DNA of 64,000 nucleotides, from contig JAPXLB010000002.1 in the NCBI GenBank assembly GCA_033809755.1, positions 64,486 to 128,485 of the forward strand, written 5' to 3'. Positions 17,849-28,758 of the stretch are shown here, in pieces; within the stretch, counting starts at the first letter, position 1; each line of letters begins with the position of its first letter. The DNA is from Lentimicrobiaceae bacterium. GTDB lineage: Bacteria > Bacteroidota > Bacteroidia > Bacteroidales > UBA4417. A program made the translations under genes and the position numbers. A model generated the notes under the pieces. The model was not told where the DNA came from and did not search any database. It saw only the letters and a list, made by a program, of their open reading frames with translations.

Positions 17849-18631
17849 ATGAAAAAGATAATATTAATAATAGTAGCTTTGTTGTTGTGCACGGTTGGCT
17901 GCTCGCAGAAGAAGTCTGTTGTCGAACTGCTTGAAGGCACTTGGCAACATGTAGATGATGAAACTAACTATCTTGTCTTTGAAGATGGAATGCGTAAAGA
18001 AATTGTAGATGGAATGAGTGATTGGGATGTTGAACCATACACACTTTCCGACTTTTGTACTAACGATATGAACAAAGACATGGAGTTACCACACGAAAAA
18101 GACAAATACATTTCTTGCAACGAATCGGATTTTTGTTGGTACATAGTTCAACTCGACGAAGAAAATCTAATTCTTAGCCTTATGGGACGTGGTAACACCC
18201 TTGAATACAAAAGGGTAAAAAACGGTGATTCCCAAGCAGTTTCTATCTCCGAATGCGAAGATTTTGAAACATTTCTCAACAAATACAACAGTGATTTTGA
18301 GTTTCAAAAAAGCAGAACTATTTTTCCGTTTGTGTCTGAAACAATTGAATATGAAGAAGTACTAAACGAAGAAGGTGAATATGTATATGATTTTCAAGAA
18401 GTAATAATTACGAATACTAAGTCGGAAAGCGAGTGGCAAAAGATAGATTTCTATTGGGACCCATCAATTGCTGAACGTAAAACAGATGCATACACTCAAG
18501 AAATTGAAGTTCTAGGAGACACAGCTTTCATCCATATAAAAGGAATTGAAAATGGAATAGGCATCCAGGCAGTATTTGTATGCAAGAATAATAATTGGTA
18601 TCTACAAAAAACAGTCGACAGATCGATGTAG
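17849..18631 (+). CDS. hypothetical lipoprotein
   Basis: Lipobox LLCTVGCSQ. The C-terminal half (FETFLNKYNSDFEFQKSRTIFPF) is reminiscent of DUF4348/NTF2-like domains, on weak by-eye similarity. Confidence 0.5.
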   Translation: MKKIILIIVALLLCTVGCSQKKSVVELLEGTWQHVDDETNYLVFEDGMRKEIVDGMSDWDVEPYTLSDFCTNDMNKDMELPHEKDKYISCNESDFCWYIVQLDEENLILSLMGRGNTLEYKRVKNGDSQAVSISECEDFETFLNKYNSDFEFQKSRTIFPFVSETIEYEEVLNEEGEYVYDFQEVIITNTKSESEWQKIDFYWDPSIAERKTDAYTQEIEVLGDTAFIHIKGIENGIGIQAVFVCKNNNWYLQKTVDRSM

Positions 18632-18693
18632 AATTAACAAACGAATCTTATAAAATTAAATAAAATCAATTAATTAACTAAAATTTTAAAAGC

Positions 18694-19764
18694 ATGAAAA
18701 AACTATTTATCCCATTACTGTGCACAATGTTATTACTTAACATGAGTGTACAAGCACAAAAGAAAGAAAAAGTAATCCTCGACACCGACATGGTTGAAGT
18801 ATTTGACGATGGTATCACCATGATGATGCTAGCTAAAGCTCCCAATATCGATTTATTAGGTGCAACTATTGTTGTAGGAAATACTTGGGTCAATGAAGGA
18901 ATTGCTTATGCCATTCGCCAATTGGAAGCTATAGGAAGATCTGATATTCCTGTTGTACCTGGCATTCGTCAACCTATTTATCCTAGCCGTTTCGAGACTA
19001 TTAAAAATGAACGTATCCTCTTTGGTATCGGCGATGCATACGTTGGAGCCGCAGGTTATCCTGAACCTAAATCTTGGCAATCGGTTTATCTACAAAAATA
19101 TGGTACCGAGCCTAAGGTAAAACCATTGGAAATGAAAGCCGTGAACTTTATCATCGAACAGGTAAAGAAAAATCCGAACGAAATAACTATTATAGCTATA
19201 GGCACATGTGTAAACTTGGCTACTGCCGTTCGTATTGCTCCCGAAATAGTTCCGCTTATCAAACGTGTAATATACATGGGTGGTTCTTTCTTCAAACCGG
19301 GCAACACCACACCTACAGCTGAGTTCAACTGGTGGATGGACCCGGAAGCTGCAAAAATGTGCTTACGTACACCTTTCAAAGAACAAATTATTGTTGGATT
19401 AGACGTTTGCGAAAAAATGCCATTCCGTAAAGATAGGTACGAAGAAATTATTTCTATTACAAAAAATCCTGAACTTGTAAATATGCTTAATCGCAATTTC
19501 CTAAAAACTTTGTACATCGAAAACCCCGACTATGTACACTACATTTGGGACGTTATTGCAGGTGCAATCATGATTGACCCAACACTTATTACCGAAGAAG
19601 TTACTCGTTACGTCGACGTTAACTCACAATTCGGTTTCTCGTACGGGCAATCTGTTGCTTTTGAGCATAATCAACCTATTGGTACGCAACAAGCACGTAT
19701 AATACTTACTGTTGACAGCGATCGTTTGTGGAAAATGGTTGAAGACTACTGTAGAAACTTTTAA
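18694..19764 (+). CDS. nucleoside hydrolase (IU-NH family) with signal peptide
   Basis: The N-terminal Asp cluster ILDTDMVEVFDDGITMMM corresponds to the DxDxxxDD calcium/ribose-binding motif. It is preceded by a cleavable-looking signal (LLLNMSVQAQ). Confidence 0.75.
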   Translation: MKKLFIPLLCTMLLLNMSVQAQKKEKVILDTDMVEVFDDGITMMMLAKAPNIDLLGATIVVGNTWVNEGIAYAIRQLEAIGRSDIPVVPGIRQPIYPSRFETIKNERILFGIGDAYVGAAGYPEPKSWQSVYLQKYGTEPKVKPLEMKAVNFIIEQVKKNPNEITIIAIGTCVNLATAVRIAPEIVPLIKRVIYMGGSFFKPGNTTPTAEFNWWMDPEAAKMCLRTPFKEQIIVGLDVCEKMPFRKDRYEEIISITKNPELVNMLNRNFLKTLYIENPDYVHYIWDVIAGAIMIDPTLITEEVTRYVDVNSQFGFSYGQSVAFEHNQPIGTQQARIILTVDSDRLWKMVEDYCRNF

Positions 19765-19797
19765 AATAAATATATCAACAATTAAAAAATAACAAAA

Positions 19798-20604
19798 ATG
19801 AGAACATATCTTTTAATTATTGCATTAATTGCAGCCACGTTACTAAGTGGATGTGGCAATAAACAGAAACCAAATACAAGCGCAGAAATGAATACCAAAA
19901 TCACTTTTACAACTTCTAAAGAAATAGGAGAAAAGATTATCCTTTCCATTAATGCCGACGAAGCAGACCAATCTGAGATTTGGATTGATTTGAACAATAA
20001 CGGCGTAAAAGACAAAGGCGAAGCTGTTACCGAATTTGGTGAAGAAGCTTTTGTGGAAACAGAGTTTAAGTTAAGAGCTCAAACTGTTACACTATACGGG
20101 AATGTTACACACTTTACGTGCGTAGAAAATGAAATAACTGACCTAGATGTGTCAGAAAACCCGTTACTTATCGACTTAAACTGCAATAACAATGATCTTA
20201 CGTCATTAGACGTATCGAAAAATACTGCTTTGGAAGCACTTGGATGCAGAAGCAACAAGATTGCATCACTCGATTTATCTGAGAATCAAGCGCTAGAAGA
20301 ATTATTATGCGGATGTAAAGAACTTACTTCTTTAATTCTTTCTAATCCGGAATTAGAGTTGATAGACGCAAACTTCAGTTCACTTACATCGTTAGATTTA
20401 TCGGCTTGCCCAGGACTGCATGAAGTAAGAATTCTTGAAAACAATTTTACTGAAGAAGCACTTGAAGCTATGTTTGGTACACTTCCTGACAGAACCGATC
20501 AAAGTTGGGAAGGAAAAGCTAAAATTAACGGTAATCCTGGTACCGAAACTGTTGATACATCCATTGCTGAAAGTAAAAATTGGGTGGTGGTTAAAGAATT
20601 TTAG
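19798..20604 (+). CDS. leucine-rich-repeat lipoprotein with N-terminal EF-hand-like-loop domain
   Basis: Lipobox LLSGCGN, the loop WIDLNNNGVKDKGE, then ~22-aa LRRs (LxxLDVSxNxxLxxLxCxxNxL). Confidence 0.7.
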   Translation: MRTYLLIIALIAATLLSGCGNKQKPNTSAEMNTKITFTTSKEIGEKIILSINADEADQSEIWIDLNNNGVKDKGEAVTEFGEEAFVETEFKLRAQTVTLYGNVTHFTCVENEITDLDVSENPLLIDLNCNNNDLTSLDVSKNTALEALGCRSNKIASLDLSENQALEELLCGCKELTSLILSNPELELIDANFSSLTSLDLSACPGLHEVRILENNFTEEALEAMFGTLPDRTDQSWEGKAKINGNPGTETVDTSIAESKNWVVVKEF

Positions 20605-20620
20605 AATAAGTAATGAAAAG

Positions 20621-20650
20621 AGTCAGAGGTTGGAAGTCCAACTTCTGACT
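20621..20650 (+). terminator. stem-loop terminator after LRR gene
   Basis: AGTCAGAGGTTGG...CCAACTTCTGACT, a ~13-bp stem with one G-U pair, 17 nt after the stop. Confidence 0.55.
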
Positions 20651-20678
20651 TAGTAATAACACTTAAAAATTAACGAAA

Positions 20679-21206
20679 ATGATAAAAAAAATTAACATTG
20701 TAATTATTATGTGTGCAGCACTGGTACTGTCTGGCTGTGGCAACAATTCCAAAAAAGCCTCGTCAACTGTAAAATCCGAAAAAGAATTGCTTTCTGCAAG
20801 CAATGAAAGTCTTGCAAAAATGATTGTAACAATTTACGATGAAAGCATGGCTGAAATGGTTAAAATACTTGAAAAGTATCCGCAGGCAAACGATGAAATG
20901 AAAGTAGAGTTTGAAAATCTTTACGAAGCTACAGTGCAAAAACTTTTACCTATAGGTAAAGTAATTGACCAAAAAGATGATGCAACTAAAGATGAAATCG
21001 GTTCGCTTACCTTCGTGGATGTTGTTAGATTGGAAATGCCACAAAAAGCAATTGACCTATATAATCCTCGCATGAGTGAAATTAGAGAATTTGACAGCGA
21101 GCTTAATAGCAAAATGGTAGCCATGAACATTATTACTCAGTATGCCTTTTTCGATTTACTAAAAAAACAAAACCCCGAAGAAGCTGAAAGATTAGGAATT
21201 GAATAG
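20679..21206 (+). CDS. hypothetical lipoprotein
   Basis: Lipobox VLSGCGN. Helical-looking, with no recognisable domain. Confidence 0.5.
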   Translation: MIKKINIVIIMCAALVLSGCGNNSKKASSTVKSEKELLSASNESLAKMIVTIYDESMAEMVKILEKYPQANDEMKVEFENLYEATVQKLLPIGKVIDQKDDATKDEIGSLTFVDVVRLEMPQKAIDLYNPRMSEIREFDSELNSKMVAMNIITQYAFFDLLKKQNPEEAERLGIE

Positions 21207-21270
21207 AAATAGTTATTTGCGTTAGTAAACTTCTAATTAGTTTGCTTAATAACTATAAAGAATTGTAAAT

Positions 21271-21310
21271 AGAATGAGGCGGCGTATCATCTCTGATGCC
21301 GTCTCATTCT
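21271..21310 (+). terminator. stem-loop terminator
   Basis: AGAATGAGGCGGC...GCCGTCTCATTCT, a 13-bp stem with one G-U pair. Confidence 0.5.
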
Positions 21311-21353
21311 TTAAAAATTGTAGTGAAGAAATATACAATAAGGAAACAAATAT

Positions 21354-22004
21354 ATGAACCTTACTAAAATAGTGCTTATCAAAATATTAATAGCAGTTGC
21401 AGTAACTACTGCTTTTGCTCAAAATAAACAAAAACCGGAAGATTTTTTACCCGAAGAATACATTATTTACGAAGAAATTAGAGGAGATTTGAATAAAGAT
21501 GGAGTTGAAGACCTAGTGTTATACATTAAAGGAACTGATACAAGTTTGCTAGAAACTGACCATCTCGGAAGAGAATTAGACTTTAATAGAGGTGGAATTA
21601 TAGTGCTATTTAACAAAAACGGAACGTATGAGCTAGCATCAAAAAACTACGACTGTTTTTCCCCTGAAGATGAAGATGACTCATTTAGTGTAATTATTGA
21701 GATAAAAAAGAATATACTATACATTTTATATTCGTATGGAAAATATGGCTATACTAAGTACACGTTTAGATGGCAAAACAAAGATTTTGAACTTATAGGC
21801 TGCGATTTTAGCAACAATAGAGGTGCGACTATTTTAGATAAAACAAGCATCAACTTTTCAACTAAAAAAAAGTTGGAAACACTGTATACCGATGATGAAG
21901 AGAATACGGTCTATAAGGAAACATGGACAAATATAAGTATCGATAAACTAATTAGACTATCGGAAATAGAAGATGTTGGTACAATGGGTTTATCAAAGTA
22001 TTAA
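21354..22004 (+). CDS. secreted hypothetical protein with FG-GAP/DxDxDG-like loop
   Basis: Signal peptide, and a GDLNKDGVEDLVL motif. Confidence 0.45.
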   Translation: MNLTKIVLIKILIAVAVTTAFAQNKQKPEDFLPEEYIIYEEIRGDLNKDGVEDLVLYIKGTDTSLLETDHLGRELDFNRGGIIVLFNKNGTYELASKNYDCFSPEDEDDSFSVIIEIKKNILYILYSYGKYGYTKYTFRWQNKDFELIGCDFSNNRGATILDKTSINFSTKKKLETLYTDDEENTVYKETWTNISIDKLIRLSEIEDVGTMGLSKY

Positions 22005-22027
22005 AACAAAAAGTGAAATAAAAAAAT

Positions 22028-23134
22028 ATGAGAAAATTAGTATTATTACTACTCTTGGCAATAGCATTTGTAAGTTGCGAAAGTGGAAAAACAGAGAAAC
22101 AATTTGAAGACTGGAAAAACTTTTTTGGAAGATGGGAAAAATCAGATTACGATGAAGGCACATTTTTCATTCTCGATTTCAGAAGTAAAGCCGATACGTT
22201 AAGCGAAATTAGCTATTCGTCAATGGGACCTTTTGAAGAAATACTTGTTGGAAAATTAACTTCCGAAACAAGCGCCGAACTTTTTTTTGATTATATAATG
22301 GGCTCAATGTCATTTAATAATGCTACCGAACAAGACGAAGCCGCACTCGATGAATGCAGAAAAAATAAAGTTGCCGATTGCACCATCAATCCCGATGGAA
22401 CAATGACTGTACAAACATACTCAGACAAATGCGGACAATTGCCTCCAAATACAAAAATTATCCTTAATAAAAACACCGATTCCGAAATGTCTGATAACGA
22501 AATAGAAGACGACCCATTTCGTGAAGTGATAGCAGAATATTCGCCCGAACAAATTAAGCAATTGATTGGGAAATCGGAACCGCAAGACGTGCGCGACCTG
22601 TTTGTATTGTTGCCCGACGATCTTTGCTACGAATATTCGGCTACCGACCGCAGAAAAGTTGCACAAGGCGAACGAGTAGGAGAGTACGGAGGTATTGCTA
22701 TTGGTGAATTAGACATAAAAAATGGTTACTTTGATCTTTCCGGAGCTTGGGAAGGCATATGGGAAATGTTTGCAAAAAAACAGGATAATACGTGGTGGTT
22801 AGCTGTAAATCAGCAGTATTGCGGACCAATGTGTTACACACATATTGCAAACACTTATACATTTGAAAACGGAAAGTTAATACAACATAGTTATGCTAAC
22901 TTAGCAGGCTATCAGGATGTTTGGTTAGAGTTGTTTTTAGATTTTGACAAACTGACAGATACGCAAAAGAAACAAGCAAACGATATTTGGGAGGAAAATG
23001 GATATGAATCAGTCCTTTTCAGTTTACCCCGAGATGGTAAAACCATTACCATGTTCATAGAAAACGAGCCTTATATTGAAATAGGAATACCCGAAAACGC
23101 ATTCAAAGAGATTAAGAAAAATATATTTGAATAG
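22028..23134 (+). CDS. hypothetical lipoprotein (N-terminal domain shared with C-terminus of the 33199-34926 protein)
   Basis: Lipobox AFVSCES. The N-terminal ~120 aa align by eye with aa ~455-575 of the LRR protein (DWK.F.G.W...SY.S.GPFEE..GK..S...AEL.F......SFN....KVADC...PDGT.T....DKCG). Confidence 0.5.
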   Translation: MRKLVLLLLLAIAFVSCESGKTEKQFEDWKNFFGRWEKSDYDEGTFFILDFRSKADTLSEISYSSMGPFEEILVGKLTSETSAELFFDYIMGSMSFNNATEQDEAALDECRKNKVADCTINPDGTMTVQTYSDKCGQLPPNTKIILNKNTDSEMSDNEIEDDPFREVIAEYSPEQIKQLIGKSEPQDVRDLFVLLPDDLCYEYSATDRRKVAQGERVGEYGGIAIGELDIKNGYFDLSGAWEGIWEMFAKKQDNTWWLAVNQQYCGPMCYTHIANTYTFENGKLIQHSYANLAGYQDVWLELFLDFDKLTDTQKKQANDIWEENGYESVLFSLPRDGKTITMFIENEPYIEIGIPENAFKEIKKNIFE

Positions 23135-23181
23135 AATTAAAACAATAAATCAACGATAGTTACATATAAAAATTACAAGCC

Positions 23182-26100
23182 ATGAACTCAAAAATTTTTA
23201 AACTCACAGTCATTTTAAATGTAATAGCAATAATAGCTTTTACAGGTTGTAAAAAAGCGCGTCTACAAGAAGTAGATCCGGCTTTTTGTCAGTATATTTC
23301 AGCATTTACTTATGGCGGAATATCAACTGACTCATACATCCAAATTGAGCTTATCAACGAACTTCCGGCGGTTGAGCTTAATTCAGAGGTTAAAGACAAA
23401 ATATTTGATTTTTTACCGTCTATTAAAGGAACAACACAATGGATAAACTCTAACACTATAAGGTTTACACCCGATCCAAATGAGTTGAAACCCGGTACCA
23501 AGTACAAAGCTTCATTTTATTTGGATAAAATTCTGAAAGTAGAGAAGAAGTTTAAAAATTTTAAATTCGGTTTCTTCGTACTCGAACAAAACTTCAGGTA
23601 CGACATAATGCCTTATTCACCTGTGAGCAACAGTCAGCTCGAAAATAATAAAGTTGAAATTTCTCTTCAAATTGCAAATCCTGCCTCCGAAGAAGAAGTA
23701 AAACAAATGTTTAAAATAGATAACAGTAGCGACAATGTTGCTGTTAGCACGGTAAGTAGAAACACATTTCTAGTTACTTTAAACAACCTACCTCGTGGTC
23801 AGAAAGATAATATTATTAAACTTAAAATCGATGGCAAAGCAATTGGAGCTAATAAAGTAGTTGACGAAGAAATTTTAATTCCGGCAATGTCTATAAACAA
23901 CTATTCGGTTGTCGACGTAAGAATGATGCACGATGCCGACCCGCATATCAGAATTACTTTTAGCGACCCAATAGAACCCGACCAGGCTATAGAAGACCTC
24001 ATAAAACCGGTAGGTATAGGCTTTTTTACTTATAATATCGACAAGAATGTCATTCGTATTTATCCTGAAGTAATTCCAAGCTACGATATAGAAGTTGAAA
24101 TTAAAGCCTCTTTAAAAAATATAAATAATCTGTACCTTGATAACAATTACAAGTTCGACCTTAAAGTTAAGGCTTTAGATCCTAAAATAAAGTTCGAAAA
24201 TGAAGGCAATATTCTTCCAAATGCCGATCAATTAAAAATTCAATTCTCGGCTGTTAATCTGTGGGCTGTTGATGTTAGCGTGATAAAAATTTACAAGAAT
24301 AATATCTTATATTATATGCAGTCTAATTCCATAGATGATTCGTATCAAAGTGAACTACGTCGCTTTGGAAGATTGGTTATGAAAAAACGTATCAGACTTG
24401 ATGAAGATAAGAGCCTTGATTTAAGCAAGCCCAACACCTTCGACTTAGACCTTTCTACAATGTTTAACCAAGACCCTGGAGCCTTGTACATGGTAAAACT
24501 ATCAATGAAACACGAGTATTCTGCATATCCTTGCGCAGGCTCTAATCCTCGTTCAATAGAAGATGATAAAAACCAAAGTTCTTTTTCAAACATTACTGAA
24601 GAAGAAAACGCTGTTTGGGATGTACAAAGCTCCTATTATTACGAACACACCGACTGGAGCGAGTATAATTGGGAGGAAAGCGACGACCCATGCAAACCCT
24701 CATATTATATTGGATCGGGTACGTCTGTGAAAAAGATTTTAATGGCTTCTAATATCGGAATGATTGCAAAACTTTCCGACAATAATACTGTTACCGTGGC
24801 AGTTACCAATATTGTTTCAACCAATCCAATTTCGGGAGCAAGTGTTAAACTTTATAACTATCAACTTCAGGAAATAGGAAGCGGAAAAACCAACAGCGAC
24901 GGACTTGTTGATATTGAGTTTGAATACAGTCAGCCGTTTGTTATTTCGGCAACCAAAGGTGATGATATTGGATACCTTGACATGAAAAACGAATCTTCAT
25001 TGTCGTTGAGCCGTTTCCAAGTTGATGGCAAACAATTGCAAAAAGGACTTAAAGGTTATATCTACGGTGAAAGAGGAATCTGGCGTCCCGGAGATACAAT
25101 TCACCTCACTTTTATTCTTGAAGATAAAGAGAAAAAACTTCCGAAATCTCACCCCGTTGTGCTTGAAGTTTATACACCTTTCAGACAACTTTACCACAGA
25201 GAAGTGCAAACCGAAGGCGTAAACGGATTTTATAATTTCAAATTTGCAACCGACCCGTCAGTTACAACCGGAACATGGCAATCGTATATTAAAGTTGGAG
25301 GAGCTAGTTTTTATAAAGCCCTTAATATTGAAACCATAAAACCCAATAGATTAAAAATCAACTTAATTTGCGATTCTATTATCAATGCAAGCAACAATAC
25401 ATTTACAGGTAGGCTTAATGCTCAATGGCTACACGGTTCTCCTGCAGTAAATTTGAAGTCTGAAGTAGAACTAACTTTATCTAGGACAAGCAGACCATTT
25501 CCAGCATACAAAGATTATGAATTCAACAATCCTTTGATAAAATTCAGCGACGTAACATATACAGTTTTTGATGGTCTACTTAATTCAGTAGGTTCGGCAC
25601 AAATTAGCACCAAACTAGTAATGTCGGAAAATGCTCCGGGTATGCTTAAAGGTAATATTCTGTCGAAAGTTTACGAAGCCGGCGGAGATATGAGTTTTTA
25701 CTCTCAATCGGTAATGTACTCTCCATATTCATCATACGTTGGAATTAAAACTCCGAGGAATGGCAACAGTAGATATTTGGAAACCGACAAGCCAATAGTT
25801 TTCGATATTGCAACTCTTAATATGTACGGAGAAAAAGTTAGCAGAAACCAATTGGAATACAAGGTTTACAAACTAAAATGGAGTTGGTGGTGGAGTACTT
25901 CGTACGAAAACTTAAGTTCATACACGAATAATACAGCTGTTGTACCACTAGCAACCGGAACAATATCTACACAAAACGGAGTAGGTAAGGTTAACTTTCA
26001 GGTAGATTATCCGGAGTGGGGAAGATACCTGATTCTTGTAAAAGACCCTGTTAGCGGACACACTGCGGGCAATATTTTTTACGTTGATTGGCCCGACTGG

Positions 26101-28752
26101 AGAGGAAAATCGGCTAAAACCGACCCCGAAGGCTTGACAATGCTCTCATTTTCAACCGATAAAGAAACTTATAAAGTTGGCGAAGAAGTTAGCGTTATAA
26201 TTCCAAAAAGTTCAAACGGTAGAGCTCTTGTTAGCTTAGAAAAAGGTTCTAGAGTTTACAGCAAGCAATGGGTAAAAACTTCCGATACGGAAGACACAAA
26301 ATATACCTTTAAAGTTACAGATGAAATGACACCTAACATTTACATCTTCATTTCATTGCTTCAACCGCATAGTCAAACTTCTAACGACTTGCCTATCAGG
26401 CTTTATGGCGTTGTAAATATCAACGTTGAAAATGATAACAGCAAGTTATCGCCTAAAATTGCAATGCCTGACGAATTAAAACCCGAAACGGATTTTGATG
26501 TTACAATTTCTGAAACAAACGGTAAACCAATGACTTATACCCTTGCAGTTGTTGATGAAGGTCTGCTAGATATTACAGGATTCAGAACTCCCAACGCTTG
26601 GAGCGAATTTTACAGCAAAGAAGCTTTAAGCGTTCGTACTTGGGACTTATTCGATAAAGTTATCGGTGCTCATGGTCAAGCTGTTGGACCATTACTCAAC
26701 ATTGGTGGAGACGAAGCTCTTAAGGGCTCAAGCAACAAAGTTAACAGATTTAAACCTGTTGTCAGATTTTTAGGACCATTCACCGTTAAGGCTAACGGGA
26801 AAAACACTCATAAAATTACAATGCCGCAATATGTTGGTTCAGTCAGAGTTATGGTTGTTGCCGGCTACGAAGGAGCTTACGGAAGTGCTGAAAAAACTGT
26901 TCCTGTTAAAAATGCGTTGATGACAATCTCTACATTGCCAAGAGTATTAGGACCAAAAGAAGAAGTACTATTACCTGTAAACGTTTTTGCTATGAGTCCG
27001 CATGTTAAAAATGTAACTGTTTCGGTAGAAACCGAAGGATTACTCAAAGCAACGGAAGGCAGCTCACAACAAGTAACATTTAATAATACAGGCGATAAAA
27101 TATTATACTTCAAATTAAAATCTTCGGCAAAAACAGGCGTTGAGCAAGTTAAAATTAAAGCAACGGGTGGAGGCGAGTCTTCTAACGAAGTTATTAATAT
27201 TGAAATTAGAAATCCAAATCCGCCTACTGTTAAAAGTCAAGGAATATTTATAGACGAAAACTCTACTGTAACACTAAATGTCAAAACTGACGAAGTTTCG
27301 CCTTACGACTGGACTAAACTAGAAGTTTCTCGTTTCCCTTCGGTAAACTTAACTAAAAACTACAATTACTTGCTTGATTGTGAGTTTACCAGCAGCGAAC
27401 ACTTGACTTCCAGAGCGTTCCCGCTATTATACATCGATAAGTTTGATGAAATAAGTGATGATGATAAGAAGAAATACGATGAAATTATTACACAAAGTAT
27501 CAAAAACTTATCGTTAAGACAATTATCGGACGGCGGATTTAAGTTCTGGTCAACAAACACTTATTCAAATGAATGGGTTTCAACATACGCCGGACACTTT
27601 TTAGTTGAAGCTAAAAATAAAGGCTACGATGTTCCTAATAAGATTTTGAATAATTGGACGAAATATCAGCAAAAACTTGCACGCAACTGGACACATACTA
27701 CTACCTCGACAAGTTATTATAGTATAAATATGACTGAATTGCAACAGGCATACCGTCTATACACACTTGCGCTACACGGAAAAGCAGAACAAGGTGCAAT
27801 GAACCGAATGAAAGAAATTAAAGACTTGTCATTGCAAGCTAAATGGCGTCTTGCAGCAGCTTACGCTATTATTAATAAAACCAAAATTGCAAACGATATT
27901 GTTTTTAAATTAGATGATAAAGTCAGCGATTACGAAAGCAATAATAATACTTACGGAAGCTCGACTAGAGACCATGCAATGATAATGGAAACATACTTGC
28001 TACTCGGAAAAACCGATAAAGCTATGGAACTTGCATTTAGCGTATCCGACAGGTTGTCATCTAATTACGCATCTTCGCAAGAAACAGCGTTCGGACTTAT
28101 TGCTATGGCAAAATTAGCTGACAAAATGGGACAGGGAAATATAAATGCTGAGTGGACTGTTAACGACAAGAAAATGAAAGATATTCACACTCCAAAACCG
28201 TTCTATCAGCATAGTATTAATCCCGATACAAGTATTACTGTTCAAATTACCAACAAAGGAAACAATAAGATATTTGCAAGACTAACTTCGCAAACTATTC
28301 CTATTGAAGATGATTTCGTTCCTGAAAACACTTCGTTAAATCTTACGGTTGCATATACCGATAAACTCGGCAAACCGATAGACATTACAAAACTAAAACA
28401 AGGTACGGAGTTCACTGCGACTGTTACCATAGAAAACACGTCGCACTTCAACTTTAACAATGTTGTGCTTGCACAAATATTCCCTTCGGGTTGGGAAGTG
28501 TATAATGAAGGTTTAATGAACAGCACATATAACAATGACCGCAATTCTTACTACATAAATCACAGAGACTTCCGCGACGATAGGGTTCTGACTTATTTTG
28601 ACATATATTCAGGCAAAAAAATACAAGTTTCGGTTAATTTGCAAGCAGCATATCGTGGTAAGTATTATTTGCCTGCTACTGTTTGTCAAGTGCTTTATAA
28701 TCCTACTGAGCAAGGTAGAAGTCAAGGAAAGTGGGTAGAAGTTGTCAACTAA
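23182..28752 (+). CDS. alpha-2-macroglobulin family lipoprotein (thioester motif absent)
   Basis: 1856 aa, lipobox AFTGCKK, MG-domain-like repeats, and a thioester-domain-like region (...FPLLYI...LRQLSDGGFKFWS...EWVSTYAGHFLVEAKNKGYDVP). There is no C-x-E-Q anywhere. The aligned site reads S-S-E-H at 27391-27402. Confidence 0.85.
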   Translation: MNSKIFKLTVILNVIAIIAFTGCKKARLQEVDPAFCQYISAFTYGGISTDSYIQIELINELPAVELNSEVKDKIFDFLPSIKGTTQWINSNTIRFTPDPNELKPGTKYKASFYLDKILKVEKKFKNFKFGFFVLEQNFRYDIMPYSPVSNSQLENNKVEISLQIANPASEEEVKQMFKIDNSSDNVAVSTVSRNTFLVTLNNLPRGQKDNIIKLKIDGKAIGANKVVDEEILIPAMSINNYSVVDVRMMHDADPHIRITFSDPIEPDQAIEDLIKPVGIGFFTYNIDKNVIRIYPEVIPSYDIEVEIKASLKNINNLYLDNNYKFDLKVKALDPKIKFENEGNILPNADQLKIQFSAVNLWAVDVSVIKIYKNNILYYMQSNSIDDSYQSELRRFGRLVMKKRIRLDEDKSLDLSKPNTFDLDLSTMFNQDPGALYMVKLSMKHEYSAYPCAGSNPRSIEDDKNQSSFSNITEEENAVWDVQSSYYYEHTDWSEYNWEESDDPCKPSYYIGSGTSVKKILMASNIGMIAKLSDNNTVTVAVTNIVSTNPISGASVKLYNYQLQEIGSGKTNSDGLVDIEFEYSQPFVISATKGDDIGYLDMKNESSLSLSRFQVDGKQLQKGLKGYIYGERGIWRPGDTIHLTFILEDKEKKLPKSHPVVLEVYTPFRQLYHREVQTEGVNGFYNFKFATDPSVTTGTWQSYIKVGGASFYKALNIETIKPNRLKINLICDSIINASNNTFTGRLNAQWLHGSPAVNLKSEVELTLSRTSRPFPAYKDYEFNNPLIKFSDVTYTVFDGLLNSVGSAQISTKLVMSENAPGMLKGNILSKVYEAGGDMSFYSQSVMYSPYSSYVGIKTPRNGNSRYLETDKPIVFDIATLNMYGEKVSRNQLEYKVYKLKWSWWWSTSYENLSSYTNNTAVVPLATGTISTQNGVGKVNFQVDYPEWGRYLILVKDPVSGHTAGNIFYVDWPDWRGKSAKTDPEGLTMLSFSTDKETYKVGEEVSVIIPKSSNGRALVSLEKGSRVYSKQWVKTSDTEDTKYTFKVTDEMTPNIYIFISLLQPHSQTSNDLPIRLYGVVNINVENDNSKLSPKIAMPDELKPETDFDVTISETNGKPMTYTLAVVDEGLLDITGFRTPNAWSEFYSKEALSVRTWDLFDKVIGAHGQAVGPLLNIGGDEALKGSSNKVNRFKPVVRFLGPFTVKANGKNTHKITMPQYVGSVRVMVVAGYEGAYGSAEKTVPVKNALMTISTLPRVLGPKEEVLLPVNVFAMSPHVKNVTVSVETEGLLKATEGSSQQVTFNNTGDKILYFKLKSSAKTGVEQVKIKATGGGESSNEVINIEIRNPNPPTVKSQGIFIDENSTVTLNVKTDEVSPYDWTKLEVSRFPSVNLTKNYNYLLDCEFTSSEHLTSRAFPLLYIDKFDEISDDDKKKYDEIITQSIKNLSLRQLSDGGFKFWSTNTYSNEWVSTYAGHFLVEAKNKGYDVPNKILNNWTKYQQKLARNWTHTTTSTSYYSINMTELQQAYRLYTLALHGKAEQGAMNRMKEIKDLSLQAKWRLAAAYAIINKTKIANDIVFKLDDKVSDYESNNNTYGSSTRDHAMIMETYLLLGKTDKAMELAFSVSDRLSSNYASSQETAFGLIAMAKLADKMGQGNINAEWTVNDKKMKDIHTPKPFYQHSINPDTSITVQITNKGNNKIFARLTSQTIPIEDDFVPENTSLNLTVAYTDKLGKPIDITKLKQGTEFTATVTIENTSHFNFNNVVLAQIFPSGWEVYNEGLMNSTYNNDRNSYYINHRDFRDDRVLTYFDIYSGKKIQVSVNLQAAYRGKYYLPATVCQVLYNPTEQGRSQGKWVEVVN

Positions 28753-28758
28753 TATGAA

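Noticed and set aside
27373-27381. The Cys in LLDCEF of the A2M protein as a shifted thioester cysteine
   Set aside because: It is followed by E-F, not x-E-Q. By-eye alignment to the YfhM site places Ser-Ser-Glu-His, four residues downstream, at the thioester position.
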